A DNA stretch of 64,000 nucleotides, taken from assembly GCF_009914755.1 (NCBI RefSeq), contig NC_060939.1; one strand, 5' to 3'. A model generated the notes under the pieces. That model saw nothing but the letters and a program-made list of their open reading frames with translations, searched no databases and was not told where the DNA came from. Of this stretch, positions 1 through 20,782 are shown in pieces; the stretch's first letter is position 1; each line of letters starts with the position of its first letter. The translations under genes and the position numbers were made by a program. The DNA comes from the human T2T-CHM13v2.0 reference genome, Homo sapiens.

Positions 1-98
1 TGATCCCACGACTGCACTCTAGACTAGGCAACAGAGCAAAACCTTGTCTTTAAAAGAAAAAAAAAAAAAGGTGATAAATTGTAGATCTAAAAATATCA

Positions 99-640
<542 letters not shown>

Positions 641-1092
641 AAAAGCAATTTTTAAAAGGCTGAATCTGTTCTCTTGTAAATAAGGTCACTATGTTTGGTA
701 TTTTGAGGTCTCTGAAAATTGGACATTTTGACTATGGATTATAAAACTCCAAATTGGTTTATAATATTTTCCATTATTATGAAACATGATTTCATGTGAA
801 CTACAGCTCTTACTAAATTTAAGTATTAAAGAAATATTAATTTAAAATGAAAATACATTTTACCATATTTCTGCTGATTTAAAAACTTAAAGATAATTGA
901 GATCTTATTATTTATTTAAACCCAAGGCTTAAAATAAAAACTCACCTTATTTTAAAATTAATCTTCCATCAAGCATCCAATAAACATATAAGTGAAGACA
1001 AAAATGAGAATCAGAAGATACGGATTGTAGTCCCAGTCCTGATACTAACACAGACTAGGCAGGTTTCTTTACTTTAACCTTTCCGGGCCCTA

Positions 1093-1212
<120 letters not shown>

Positions 1213-1691
1213 TTAAAAAAATAGAAATATCATTTAATTTTTAAAAGGTAGGAACTTGATAAAATGGAATCTCTTTGAGCTCTCTAGTATGTATTATCTA
1301 ATATGTAGTAACAAATTTCCCTCTGCTAGCTATTTTCAGTTGGCTGTTTTGTCAATATTTTATTGGAATCACTGTCCACTTTTCTTTCAGAAGTAAATTA
1401 CTACTTTTTTCCCCTTGCAACAGCAATAACATGAGGAAAACTTGACTCTTTTAAACAAAGCTAAGTCACAACCATTTAGATTTTATTCTGAGTCCAAACT
1501 GTGGGTATAAATGATAAACTATAAAGTATCTACTCAAGTGCATACCTTTGACTCCACAATCTGTTTCAGATATTGCCAGGTTTTTCTGCAATCCTTTATG
1601 CCTCAAGAGTTGTAATTTGTTAAGTCCACTTCCTTATTTCCTACTTTCTCCCAAATTCATTTCCAATCAGGCTTTAATTACCACTCCTTAA

Positions 1692-2160
<469 letters not shown>

Positions 2161-2479
2161 TCTTTTTATTCTTAAGATTATTTATCATTACATGCTATAT
2201 TTGTTTGTTTATTGTCTTTCTGACTTGAATATATGCTCAATGAGGGTAGGGATTTTGTTTTCTTCACCACTGTACTCCCAGAGGCTCACACATAGTAGTT
2301 AAATAAGTTTTACTAAATAAATATATACATAATTTATTTAAAAGTTTTGAAATAAGGGTAAAATAGTTTTATGAAACACATTCCTTACACAATCCATGCA
2401 CATGAAGAAGTGTAATGTCATTGATAATTAAAAGGAGTATATAATAAGTTTTTATTATTACAATTTAACGTGATTTGTA

Positions 2480-3830
2480 CAACTCCACCCCTAGTACCCT
2501 GGATTGCAATAATCTCCCAAACGGTCTTCCTCCTTCCACCTTTGCTTCCCGCCACAGTCTATCACTACATAAACGAGTGATCCTTTTAAATCAAATGTCA
2601 GAGCATGTCACTATTCTGTTCAAAATCTCAGTCTCTCTCAGAATAAAAGCTAAAGTCCTTACAATCACCTAAAGGCCCTAATCATCTACCCCCAATTCCA
2701 ATCTCTTTATTCTCCCCATAATTTATTCTGCTTTAAGACACACCATTTTCCTTATTGTTCCTAAAACATGCCAGGAATGGTCCCTCCTTGAGGCCTTTTG
2801 CACAGACTGTTCCCTATATTTCAAACATTCTTTGCCTGTGATATCTGAATGATTAACTTCCTTACTGCCTTCAAATATTACTTTCAAATAAGGGCTTCCC
2901 TGACCACTCAATTTAAAATTGCAACCCATTCCCCTCTACTCCCAATCCCCTTTTATGATACTTTTAGGTTTTCTTTTTTACTACAGCACTTAACACTTTC
3001 TAACATACTATACTTTAAAAGTTATTTGTTTAAAATTTATTATCATCTATTTTCCTCCACTCTGATAAGTTCTACATTCTGTTATCATTAATACCTAAAA
3101 CAGTGCCTGGTGCATTACAGGTACTCCATAAAGTATTTGCTGAATGAATTAATCTTGGAGCAGAGGTTTCTAGGTAGAAGGAATGTCAAGAGGAAAGGCC
3201 CTGATACAAAAGTATGCCCGTCATGACCTAAGAGCTAAAGAGGCAATGACAGCAGAGAAGAGTAAATGAAATACTGATGGGAGATAAGGAAGCCAGATCA
3301 TGTGGGTCCTTTTAGGCTGTTTTAAGGATTTTGGCTTCTATTACTCTTGGAGATAGTGAAAGCCACTGGAGGGTTTTGAGCAGAAGAGAGGCATTATCTG
3401 ACATACAGTTAAAAGGTCACTCTGAGTACTATGTTGAGAAGTGGGGGTGGGAGACAAGGAAGAAAGCAAGTACTCATAATTATTTTGTATCAGTAATCCA
3501 GGCAAAAATTATGAGAGTTTGAATAAGGGTAGCAACAGTGGGAATGATGAAAAGAGGTCAGATTCTGGGTATATTCTGAAAATACAGACAAAAAAAAATC
3601 CTATCTGATTATATGAAGTACAGTATAAGAGTCAAAGATGATGCCAATGCCTGAGTAACAGGAAGGAAGAAACTCAATTGAGATGGAGAAGACTGTGGAT
3701 AAAGCAGGTTTGGGGTGAAGATAAGGGGTTCAGTTTTAGACATGTTAAGTTTGAAACATCTATTAGACATCCAAGTGAAGAACTAAATAGAGCTAAGGTA
3801 AGCGGTCTGAAATGGACACACAAACTTGAG
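2480..3830. mobile_element. L2 fragments (plus-strand 3' end to ~3150, then a minus-strand piece)
   Basis: aacagtgcctgg...tatttgctgaatgaat 3' end. The minus-strand piece has ttttagacatgttaagtttga...tattagacatccaagtg. Confidence 0.7.
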
Positions 3831-5266
3831 AGAGGTCACCATTTGATGTATAGGTGATGAGAGAAATTTACATGGCACACTTCCTCACCTCCATGGGGTA
3901 TCAACTCAAACATCATCTTATCAGAGAGTCTTCCTTTCACCATTTTACATATAATAACAAGGCTCCCTCCACCCTGCCCAGTCCTCCCCATCACCCCTCT
4001 CTTGCATTTTTTTTCCTCCTTAGCATGTATCACCATTTGGTGTATTATATATTTTCTTAACTATTATCTGAATACAAAAAAGTTTACTTACATAAGACTA
4101 AGTAAACATTAGTGGGTAGCTCTGAGAGACTCATAAAGTATAAGCTTTTAGTGTCTGAACTTTGTATCTATTTTGAATGTACAGAAGCCTTTTTGTTGGC
4201 TTGTTTCTCATGTAATCCTTTCAAGAATTAAATAAGAATTGTACTTGAGTCATTTCTGAATAAAAAATGCATTATATACCTGTCAAAAGCCAGGTGACAA
4301 GAGGTGACAAGTAGTTACTTAAAGGTAACGACTAAAACTTTGGAAAAATATCAGTATTACAGAAAATACAGACAAGTTACATAAGTATTTTCATGTAAGA
4401 AGCCAAGTGTCTGAATATAAATTATTTTCCAACTTTGGTTTCTCTGATATTTAGTTCACACTCACTTAATCAAGTTCTCATTTAGATGTACTTAAAAATC
4501 TGATGAATAACAATGAGAAGATATCATAAATAGCACTATATGATCATTTAATAATATTTTATCAAGAAATGACAATCTCCTGAGTATTCAAAAACATAAA
4601 TCTTTGCTTTTCAACTTTAAGTATCTGTCAGCCTTCCAAATACTGAATAGCTAACAGCATAATGTGGTCAAACTAAAGTGAAAGAGAATAATATTCAAAT
4701 ATCTCTCTTATTTAAAACACACAATACACATAAAATAATATGTCTGGCTATCTGCAAATATCTTACTAAAAAATAAAAACCCTTAACCTTTTATTTTAAT
4801 ATAGTTTAATGAATTATGTTGAGATTGTAGCCTTGGGAAATTTTCTCTTGATGGAAAAATATTAAAGCATTTATAAAAATAAAATCCCAACACAGCAATG
4901 AACATAAGCAACATTTAACACACTAATCTACTGGAAAAATATTTTTTAAGTCACATGAATATGTAAAAGTCAAGCAGATATTATGAATATAGGCAAACAA
5001 ATTTTGGTTTATCAAATGGATAAAAAAAATTTTATAAAAATGGGCTCTCTATTGGAAAGTCCCAACTCTACTTCCCAATAAATCCAATTTGTAAAGATAG
5101 CAAGAAAACTTCAATAATAACTTTGGTGACAATAAAAAAAGAACTATATGACCATTTGGATATAGTAGAAACCAAAAGGAATATTCTATAATGAAAAACA
5201 AGGAGTTAGAAATGCAGTATAAGTTACGGGGCTCTGTAGGAAAGAGAACCATGGATATTAAAATTA

Positions 5267-8430
<3,164 letters not shown>

Positions 8431-9559
8431 AAAAAGAAAAACCCAATTGTTTCTTCAGAGTAGCTGCAGTAGAAAAAAAGAAAAAAGAGACCCAATTGTT
8501 GACAAAATTATGAAAAAAAAACCAATATTCTCGTACTTTATTGGTAGGAATTTTAATTGGTTAAACCCTTCTGGATAAAATCTTAATAGTAAATATGCGC
8601 TTTGATCCAGAAATTCCAGGACGAACCATAAGGAAATAATTAATGCAGTACAGTGCTCAGGAGTTTGGTTCTGGAGTTCTGCAACCTGAATTGGATCTTG
8701 CTTTAACTACTAATTGAAGGTATGATCATGGGAAAGTAACCACCTCTTTAACTCTCAAATTTTCTTCTTTGTAAAATGGGGAGAAAATACCTATTCAGGG
8801 TGGTTGTGCAGAACTGAGTTATTGAATGTGAAATACTTAGAACGGTGTATAGCACAGAAGAGCTAAATAAATGTAACTTGTTTTATAGAAGATTTAGTTA
8901 TAAGTATGTTCGTAACAGCTTGCTTGCAACATTTTTAAAAACCAGAATCTAAAGGTCTTTACAAAAGAGGATAATAAATAAATTGTGGCACATCCATTTA
9001 ATACAATAATATTTAGCCATTCAATAATATATTTAATACACTGATATTAAGTATATTTAATATTTAATAAATATATTACAATATTATCAACCTCCACAAT
9101 AAGCAAAGAAATGCAAATTAAAATTAGAACAATTTTGTATTATATAGTCAATAATTAAAAAGTCAATAATTGGTAACAACCAATGTTGGTGAGGTGTGGG
9201 AATGTAGGAAATAGCATTCTCATAAACTATGCCTGCTGGGAGTAAAAACTGCCACAGCGTTTTCAGAACAATTATTTCAACACTTTCAAAATGGTCAGCA
9301 TACTCATGGACCCATCAGTTCCACTTACAATTACTTATTCTTCCAGAGACACTCAAATATCTACAGAAAATGCACAGCATTAATCAAAGTAGCATTACTA
9401 GGAATGGAAAAAACTGAAAATAACTTGTATTCATCATTCTGCATTTGTACTTTCTGGAATACTATGCAGTTGTTAAAATAATTAAGTAGAAAGTTAAATA
9501 AACTGATAACGATAGAAAAAAGGCTTATATCAGAAATATAAAGAAATTTCCATTTTTTT

Positions 9560-9960
9560 AATACTATACAATCATAAAAAAAGAATGAAATCATGTCTTG
9601 TGCAGCAACGTGGATGCAGCTGGAGGTCATCATCCTAAGCAAACTAATGCAGAAACAGAAAACTAAATACTGCATTTTCTCGCTTATAAGTGAGAGCTAA
9701 ATATTGGGTATACCTGGACATAAAGATAGGAACAAAAGACGCTGGGGACTACTAGAGGGGGAAGACAGGGAGGAAAGCAACGGCTGATAAACCACCCATT
9801 GGGTTCTATGCTCACTATCTGGGTGATGGGTTCAATCACACCCTAAACCTCAGCATCATGCAATATATACCTTTGTAACAAACCTGCAAATGTACTCCGA
9901 TTTTAAAATAAAAAGTGAAAAAAGAAAAAGGAAATACAAAAAAATTCAAATTAAAAAAAA
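9560..9960 (+). mobile_element. L1 3' end fragment (L1PB/old L1PA type)
   Basis: aaaaagaatgaaatcatgtcttgtgcagcaacgtggatgcagctggagg... through an A-rich tail. Confidence 0.85.
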
Positions 9961-10199
9961 GGATTAATTTATTATATATACCCCACATATGTGAACACAA
10001 AAGGGTCTGGAAGGACACAAGTCAAATTGCTCATTGTTAGCCCTGACAAAACATGGAAGTAGGAACAAGAACCTTCATTTTCTCACTTTCTACTCCATAG
10101 ATCTACAATTTGTATACTCCTCGCCCTCCAATTTTCTTTGAGTATACATTCCTTTTTTTTTTTAATTTAAAACAGTAATAAAAGAACAAAGACAAGACA

Positions 10200-11530
10200 G
10201 TTAAGGATCATGCATGGGAGGACTTTGGCTTTTACTAAGAGTGAGATGAGAAGCCATTAAGGGTTTTAAGCAGAGTAGTGATAGGATCTGATTTATGTTT
10301 TTAAAGGATCACTCTTGTCTATGCAAAGAATATGATAGAGAGAGCAGAAGTGGAAGAACTGATCAGTTAGATAAAAAACTATGGCCTGCATTTGGCCCAA
10401 GGTCTGTTCTTGTATATCTAAACTAAGAATAGTTTTTGCTTTTATAAAGGGTTAAAAAAAAGAGATGACTATGAGACAGAGATTGTATGACCTGTAAAAC
10501 TTAATTTATCACCTAGCTCTTTAAAGAAAAAATTTGCCTGACCCCTGGATTAGGACACTACTGCAATAATCCCATTAAGAGACAATTATGGCTTAGACTA
10601 GGGTTATGGCAATAGAGGCGTTGTGAAGTGGCCATGTTCGAGATACATTTTGAAATTATAGCTAACAGAGTTTACAGAAGAACTGAATGAGGAGAAGATA
10701 AAGGTTAAGTTTACTCCAAGGTTTTTCAGTGTGAGTTACTAGAAGAATGGAATTTCCATTTGCTAGATAAGGAAGACTATAAGCAGGTTTGGAGAGAAAC
10801 ATCAGGAGTTCAGTTTTGGACATATTAAATTTGAGATGCTTCATTAGATGAGATATTCAAGAAGGGATGATGAATTAGAGAAGTCCAGATTAGACAAATT
10901 TAGAAGTCATCCACACGTGGCCTATATTTAAATGATTAGATCACCAAAGGAGTATGTTTAGGTGGTGAAGATAAATGCTTTGAGGACTGAACCATGAGGC
11001 ACTCCATTGTGTAGGGATGGGGAGATGAAAAGGAATCAGCAAAGGCAGAAAGGGAATGACTGGTGAGGTAAAAGGAAAAAGCAAGAGAGTACCTAAGAAG
11101 AGAGTATATTTCTTCTTCATTGCACTGTTTCAAGAAGGAAGAAGTAACCGTTTATGTAGAAACCTGCTGAAAAATTAAAACAAAGTATTGATCTCTGGAT
11201 ATGACAACAAGAGAAATCTTGATGGAGTGATGGAGACAAAAGGCTGACTGGAAAGAGTAAAGTGAGGAATGGGACAGAATATACTCAACTCTTTTTAGAA
11301 CTTTTACTGTAAAGGATAATGAAATGAGGCAATGAAAGCAGAGGAATATGAGATCAAGAAGTTTTGCAAAGATAAGAAATATTTGCATGTTGGAGGAAAT
11401 AGGGAGGGAAAAACCAATGATTTACAAAAAAGTAGGGAGGACTGCTAAAGCCATGTCTTCAAATGGGTAAATTGAGATGTGGGATCTAGTCCCGTTGAGG
11501 TGTGGGATCTAGTCACAAGTGGAAGGATAC
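10200..11530 (-). mobile_element. L2 fragment
   Basis: caggagttcagttttggacatattaaatttgagatg and related L2 motifs. Confidence 0.7.
10365..10548. mobile_element. MER58-like hAT-Charlie element inside an L2
   Basis: aactatggcc...ctaagaatagttttt...tttaaagaaaaaatttgcctgacccctg pattern. Confidence 0.55.
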
Positions 11531-11703
11531 TCATTGCTTTTGTAGTGGGCGGGGGGGGTGGGGGATATTATTTTTTTAATTTAGAAAAAAGTACTTTGCA
11601 TAGTTTCTTTTGAAAGTACAACCAAAGTACTTTCCGAAAAGTAAAATATCTAATATCTTTAAAAACACATTTTTCAATTCTGTAATTATACTATGCTGTT
11701 TTC

Positions 11704-11738
<35 letters not shown>

Positions 11739-11801
11739 TGTATTTAAAATTATGCTCTTTTCATCAGTGGTTAATGTTACCAGTGCAAGTAAGTCACTTA
11801 C

Positions 11802-12051
11802 CATACTGTTATTGAGATTCTTGTCGACTTTGCAGAACGTGTGTGGTGGGCTTTCTCCTTTACTGGGTATAATAATACATATGTCAGTGACAGCCAACGT
11901 ATTCTGAGTCATGTTTTCAGAGGCTCTTCGGTAAGTGATATAAATTCTTTGTGATGAGGTACTCCCACTAATATTTGCGGGGCGCCCATAGGGAGTACTC
12001 TGAATAATTTCACAACCCTGTTTCAATCTTTCTTTCCAGTCATATAAAACC
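11802..12051 (-). CDS. DENND4A: DENND4A second coding exon ([16 protein letters not shown]...[10 protein letters not shown]), MABP domain
   Basis: Acceptor tattttTAG|G and donor ATG|GTAAGT. Length 250 nt, and 311+250=561 keeps the frame. The split Gly codon GG|G joins correctly to the previous exon. Confidence 0.96.
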
Positions 12052-12773
12052 CTAAAAATAAATTTTTAAAAATAAATACACAAAGCACTTTAAATATGAA
12101 AAGTAATATTCTCAGGCATCATCAACTGATCCTTAAATGTAGTAGCATGGTAAAAATATTCCAATCTTACTGCAATTTTAAAATGCACGGTCTTGTATGA
12201 ATTAAAGAATAACTCTTTTCCCCACCAAAAACTTTGTTTTAAGGAAAAATTCTGACAAACCATTGTGTTTGTTAATATAAACCAGAGAAAGGTACAATTA
12301 AATGTGAAGGTACCTATTTTGGCACATCATTTAATATAGTTATTAATTTATTTTTTGTCTCTAAAACAAGCACCTTCTTTAGAAAAAGCAACTGGGCATT
12401 TTGGCCAAAGTTAAAATTTTACAAAAGGTTACTTGCCCAACTGTGTAGAGTCTGCTTGCACGCTTTTATCTCCAATACTTTCCTTAGCTTTAAGAGACAG
12501 TTTTAGGCTAAGAGAATGTAACTTCAAATCCATCCTTAATCAAAAGTCTGGGTGAGGCACTAGGCTTTTATTTTCTCTTTATTGGGGTAAAATCATAGGC
12601 TTTTAGTACAGGGTGGACCTGGCATCCATTCATTAAGTTTTCTATACTTAAGCACTAAGGAACACTAAAAAAAATAGTGCTTAAATAACATTAGTTTATT
12701 CCCTCATTAAATTCATTGATTTGTACTTTAATGCCAAGTCCTTGGCACTAGTAAAAAAATAAAAATAAAATAA

Positions 12774-12994
<221 letters not shown>

Positions 12995-13083
12995 TGATCT
13001 CGAACTCCTGACCTCAAGTGATCTGTCTGCCTCGGCCTCCCAAAGTGTTGGGATTACACGTGTAAGCCACTGTGCCTAGCTAC

Positions 13084-13150
13084 AAATTAAATATGTTTCT
13101 GCATTTGCTATAAAGCTATAAATTAAATGTGTTTTTGCATTTGCTATAAA
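13084..13150. repeat. 36-nt period tandem duplication
   Basis: aaattaaat(a/g)tgttt(c/t)tgcatttgctataaa occurs twice. Confidence 0.85.
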
Positions 13151-13889
13151 ACTTGTAACAAGCAATGTCTTCATCATCAATCAATATTTCTCATATAAAA
13201 TCCACTATACAAATAAAATATAATGCCAAAAACTGGTCAAATTATTTCTTTCTTTCTTTTTTTTTTTTTTTTTTGAGATGAAGTTTCGCTTTTGTTGCCC
13301 AGGCTGAAGTGCAATGGCATGATCTTCGCTCACTGCAACCTCCGCCTCCTGGATTCAAGCAAGTATCCTGCCTCAGCCTCCCAAGTAGCTGAAATTACAG
13401 GCACGCACCACTACACCACACTAAGTTTGTGTTTTTAGTAGAGACAGGGTTTCGCCATGTTGGTCAAGCTGATCTCGAACGCCTGACCTCAGTTGATCTA
13501 CCCACCTAGGCCTTCCAAAGTGCCGGGATTACAGGCATGAGCCACTGTGCCTGGCCAAATTATTTCTAATATAAGTTTTAATTTCACTTTTTCTTCTGGC
13601 CATCAACAAATTAAAAAAAAATCTTCTCAATATTTTGAAAATTTACAGTTAAATTTGATGCTTAATCATAGCAACTGCATGAATCCTAATGTTAGCTTAA
13701 GTGCTTATTCTTCCTTCTTTTGATCTTGTTTTGCTTTTTCTTAACTTAAAAAAGGCACCTACACACAGAGAAGTTAGACAATCTAAATTCAAATTCCCAC
13801 CACCTGTTACTAGCTGCAGTTCTGTAAGCAGTTACTTAACCTCTCTGAGCCTTATAGTCAGCTATAAAATCTAAACATTTTGGCTTCAA

Positions 13890-14835
13890 AGGATTCCATA
13901 AAGAAAAGTAAAAAGAACCTACAGAAAATATTTGTAAATCATTTAACTGATAAGCGGCTTTATCTAGAATATATTAAGAACTCTTATAGCTCAACAAACA
14001 AAAAGACAACCAAATTAAAAATGGGGAAAGGATCTGAATAGACATTTCTCCGAAGATATACAAACTTGTCAGTAAGCACATAAAAAGATGCTCAACATCA
14101 TTAGCCATCAAGTGAATGCAAATCAAGACCATATGAGATACCATCTCACACCTGCTGGGACAGCAATAATCAAAATAATATGAAATGCTGACTAGGACAT
14201 GGAGAAATTGGAACCCTCATGTACCGCAAGTGGGAATGCAATATGGTACAGTTTGCTTAGCAGTCTGGCAGTTCCTTAAAAGATTGAACATGGAATTACC
14301 ATTACGATCCAGCAATGTCACTCCTAGGTATATACAAATAAAAAATGAAAATACATGTCCACATAAAAACTTGCACATGAATATTCATGGCAATATTATT
14401 TATAATAGCCAAGAAGTGGAAAAGTCTCAAACATCCATCAACAGATGAATAAACTGTGGTATACCCATATGATGGAATATTATTCAGTCATAAAATGGAA
14501 TAAAGTACCGACACATACTATAACATGGATGAACCTTGAAAACATTATGCTAAGAAGTCAGTCAAAAAAGATCATATACATAGTATGATTCTATTTATAT
14601 GAAATGTGCAAAATAGGCAAATCCATAAAGACAGAAAGTAGCCAAAGGCTAAGTGAGTTAGGAAATTGGGTAGCAACTAAGGAGTACAGGGTTTCTTTTT
14701 GGCATGATAAAAATGTCATAGAATTTATTGTGGTGATGGTTGCAAAACTCTGAAAATACTAAAAACTATTGAATTGTACACTTTAAATAAATGAGTGGCT
14801 GTATGGTATACGAATTGTATCTCAATAATAAAGCA
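13890..14835 (+). mobile_element. L1MB-type ORF2 end / 3'UTR fragment
   Basis: Typical L1M motifs gacatttctc, atgctcaacatcattag, acatggatgaaccttgaaaacattatgctaag and tatctcaataa. Confidence 0.85.
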
Positions 14836-15562
14836 CCCTAAGTAAAGCTCTAATTTACCCCAATATCCTTCTTTGATACACACAGTTAACAATCCATCTA
14901 TAATGGGGCTGGGTGTGGTGGCTCACATCTGTAATCCCAGTACTTTGGGAGGCCAAGGCAGGAAAATCACTTGAGGCCAGGAGTTTGAGACTAGCCTGGG
15001 CAACATAGCAAGACCCTGTCTCTACAAAAAAATTAAAAACTAGCCAGATGTGACAGCGTGTATCTATAGTCCCAGCTACTCAAGAGGCTGGGGCAGGAGG
15101 ATTACTTGAGGCCAGGAGTTTGAGGCTGTAGTGAGCTATGATCATGCCATTGCACTCCAGCTGGGTGATAGAGATTAACCCTGTCCCTTTAAAAAGAAAA
15201 AAATCCATCTATACTGATCATTATAACATGCTTAAAAGCCTTTTTTCGTACTTTAAAAATAATCAAAAATTTTCCAATCAGGATAACACTTTAATTTTCT
15301 AGTACTTTCCTGCAAATGTTTTTCAAATTCTCTCCCCTGCCTCTAACTGAAAGAAACCCAGGCAAGGTAAGACTGCTGGGAACTTCAGGATAAAGAGAGA
15401 CAAAAGGAAACAGGGAGAGAATACAGGTTTCTGAATACAAACTTGTGTATTTTTCTAAATCTGCCATACATCTATTAATGACCAGAATGAACAGTTAATC
15501 TCCAAATCTACAAGGCATATTATTTGGATCAATAACAGTAAGTCGTTTAAAAAAATACTTAC

Positions 15563-15873
15563 CCCAGATCTGTAAGTGGAGGCTTATCTCTTCCTCTTCT
15601 ATAGCAAAGGTAAATCTGTGGCCCCACAAGACTTCCATTATTAAGATCAGCTGACAATCCAGTTGGGGTAACATCAATACAGATATAATCCTGTGGGACT
15701 TCCTCCCCAAGAGATTTGATAATAACTGAAACATCTGTAATAGGTTCTTTTGGTTTAGCTACTTTATGACAAGCATCATTGAAGTGAATTTCTTCTTCTA
15801 GAGGCTTTGAAACATCAGTTAATCCTGCTACAACAAAGTAGTCAGCAACACGAGGCCCCTTGTCTTCAATCAT
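15563..15873 (-). CDS. DENND4A: DENND4A first coding exon, coding part ([17 protein letters not shown]...KPPLTDL/G); whole exon is 15563-15895 with 22 nt of 5'UTR
   Basis: Translation matches the recalled DENND4A N-terminus. Acceptor ...ctttccttttAG precedes 15895. Donor GG|GTAAGT follows 15563. Coding length is 311 nt. Confidence 0.96.
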
Positions 15874-16133
15874 CTTCCATTACAGAAGGTTACATCTAAA
15901 AGGAAAGTAAAAGACTAGTACTCCCCTATAATAAGCAAAATAAATACAAGTGGTTTGTGTGCAAATAAGAACAAAAAACTACAAAAAGAGCACTAGTTCC
16001 TTGATAAACACAGTAGCATTGTATATTTAACTTACATGTAAAAAGAATTTAACAATAAAAACATCTTTAGCAATCTTTTATTATAAAAGTAATGGATGAA
16101 TTCCCAATTTTGGCAATAGTGAAACCTACATTA

Positions 16134-16520
<387 letters not shown>

Positions 16521-16614
16521 TTACACAGACTTGTAAGAATGTAAGGGAAATTCCTAGGTCCCCAAAACACTGAAGAAACCAAAAGTCAGAATGCAGTCTG
16601 TAAACTACCACTGA

Positions 16615-16800
<186 letters not shown>

Positions 16801-17258
16801 TGATCCGGCTTGTGTTTTAGAAGGCATTAAAAGCATGGGAGATAAGCACTTCAGACCACATAGATAGAGAATTGGAACTGAGCCACCTATATAAAGCTGA
16901 GAGTTTCAAAGGACTATACTCCCAGCCAAAGAGTGGTTTTAAAAGACCTATCCACTGACACAGGGAGATAATAAAGTTGTAGGGAGGGTAGCGGGGGAGT
17001 CTCCTCTGAGAATTCCTAACAATAGGCCTATTCACACTTGGGTTTGGGGTTTGTACTTAAACCATATGGATGGTCCCAGGAAACTACAAACTAAGAAATT
17101 AATAATAAAAGCGCTCTCAGGTTGGCCGAGCGCGGTGGCTCACGCCTGTAATCCCAGCATTTTGGGAGGCCGAGGAGGGCAGATTACCTGAGGTCGGGAG
17201 TTCAAGACTAGCCTGACCAACATGGAGAGAACCCATCTCTACTAAAAATACAAAATTA

Positions 17259-17402
<144 letters not shown>

Positions 17403-17786
17403 TCAAAAAGAAAAAAAAAAGTGTTCCCAAGCTAGTGATTCCCCTTGAAAAGTAAAACAGTTCTTGAGGGTACAGCCTCAACCCAGGTTTTCCACAGACA
17501 AAGCCCAGTGGAAGACAAGTTCCTGTTCCAAAACTACAAAAATGCATACACAAAAGTCTACCAGAAGTTAAGTCTCAGCAGATATATCAAACAGAAGAAT
17601 TTCAAATAATAAAAGTAGGTAAGAGAGTGTAACAGTAATGCATGCTTACAACAGATTCAAAGAAAAAATACACAAAATAGAATCTATCACATATTTGCAG
17701 TCTCCTTTGGTTGTCCGGTATCACTTAATTTTATTTATGTATTTATTTATTTTTGAGACAGGGTCTCGCTCTGTCGCCCAGGCTGA

Positions 17787-18050
<264 letters not shown>

Positions 18051-18738
18051 TAGGAGAATACATTCCACAGTACCATCATTATTTATATACCACTATTATA
18101 GGAAAAAAGTTTAATCTAAAACAATTTCCCAGAGTTTGTTTCATGTTAGACACAGTTCCAATAAGTGCAAAGAAAAGATTCCATGGACAAATAAATTAGG
18201 TATACACACTATAGGTCTCTTTGGATACTTACTATATATATAAAAATACTAAATCCTCAGCAGTCTTTTGATAAAGGCAGCCGATAAACTTTGCTTAACT
18301 CAGGATTTCCCAAGCCTATTTGAAAAATGAACCACATTTTCCCACTTAACAACTAGAAACAACCCTAAGAAAATGCTAGTTTACAGTAAACAATCTTCCC
18401 TTGTAGACCATAAAATCTCAGGGCAAAGACATTCTTACGTAGTATATACTTGTTTACAATATAATTATTAACATTTTCATCAAAATCCCAAAACTCATTT
18501 AATTTTCTATATTGCTAATGTCATCAGTTTTCAGAATTCATGACACATTTCTTGGAATCTGTATTCATCACTCAAATATACTCTAAGTATTCCCACTATT
18601 TTCTTTAAAAATGAGACTAGGCCAGGCAAGGTGGCTCACGCCTGTAATCCCAGCACTTTGGGAGGCCGAGGCGGGTGGATCACAAGGTCAGGAGTTCAAG
18701 ACCAGCCTGGCCAATATGGTGAAACCCCATTTCTACTA

Positions 18739-18945
<207 letters not shown>

Positions 18946-19570
18946 CTACTTGTTTTATTTACATACTAATGGCGCCTATGCAGCAATTTCCTTACATATA
19001 GGATTTCTACATATAATAAAGGGCTTAACCTTTTCAGAAATGCCTCCTAGATGGACACTTAAAAAGAAAGTGCTAACAATCTGTTCTGAGAAGACTGTTA
19101 AATGCTGACTTATCACCCTCAGCTCGTTGCATATAACAAGTGCTCCAAAAAAAGAGCAGTTTTACCCAATTGACCATCTATTTATTTAAGAAAGTTGCAG
19201 AATAACAAAAGGACTTTTGTGTTTAACTTTTTTTCTCCAGTTCATTAGTCTTTGAAAACAATTTTTAAAGGGCTGCATAGTATTTTATTTTATGGATATA
19301 CCATTTTTGACCTATGTGCTTACTGTAGATCATTTATTACTTCTACTTATTTTGCTAATTTTTTTTAAAGGGTACAATGAATAATCTTGATAAACCTCTG
19401 GACACAACTCTAGTATTTCTTCAGGATACATTTGTTGAAATAGAATTATTAGGTCAAAGGTTATATCAGCCTTTATTTATGTGCTTTCGTGTGTACATGA
19501 ATTTTATATTATAAGCTCTAAATACACATAACCTTAAAAATTACTCTGGTAAAGTATTTTCATTCCATCA

Positions 19571-19949
<379 letters not shown>

Positions 19950-20010
19950 CTAAAGCAGGCAAACTAAAGCAGATAGTCACTATTGCATAAAATAGTTTTA
20001 TGTCTTGCTA

Positions 20011-20310
<300 letters not shown>

Positions 20311-20782
20311 TCAAAAAAAAAGCGGAAACAGAAGAGATATAGTACTATCATGAAAACATATATTTAATAAGTTTTTTTGAGAACTACCACCTTATCCTTG
20401 GAAATAACTAGCTATTATAAGTAAATATTTGAGATAAATTTATTCATAAAATTCCTTTTCATTAGTTCTTTTGGGTATTTTTCACAAAATTTAATAATTT
20501 GAACTCATTCACAATAGAACGCAGGAAATAACTACTAAAAGGGAACCGTATACTTCACATTGAAGATTTTGTCTCTAATAAATGGTGTTGAATTAATTGT
20601 GATCCAAGGCACATCCTGAGACATCTTTCAATGAATTATTTTGTATCATTTGTTACCCATAATTATTACATGGAGAATATATTCCAAATTATTAAGACTT
20701 CTGGAAAACTAAGGTTTCACTGTGTTTAACACAGGAAATAGCTAACTGAAACAAATCAAAATGAAAGCCAAAAACTACTTAC

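Noticed and set aside
941-950. Donor-like AAG|GTGAGT on the minus strand ~190 nt past the 70-nt exon
   Set aside because: No convincing paired acceptor or frame. It may be cryptic but is unsupported.
11691-11801. ORF extension past the second coding exon
   Set aside because: Read-through into the intron beyond a perfect GTAAGT donor, ending in poly-T.
15874-15895. Possible N-terminal extension of DENND4A from an upstream start
   Set aside because: An in-frame TAA lies three codons upstream of the main ATG.
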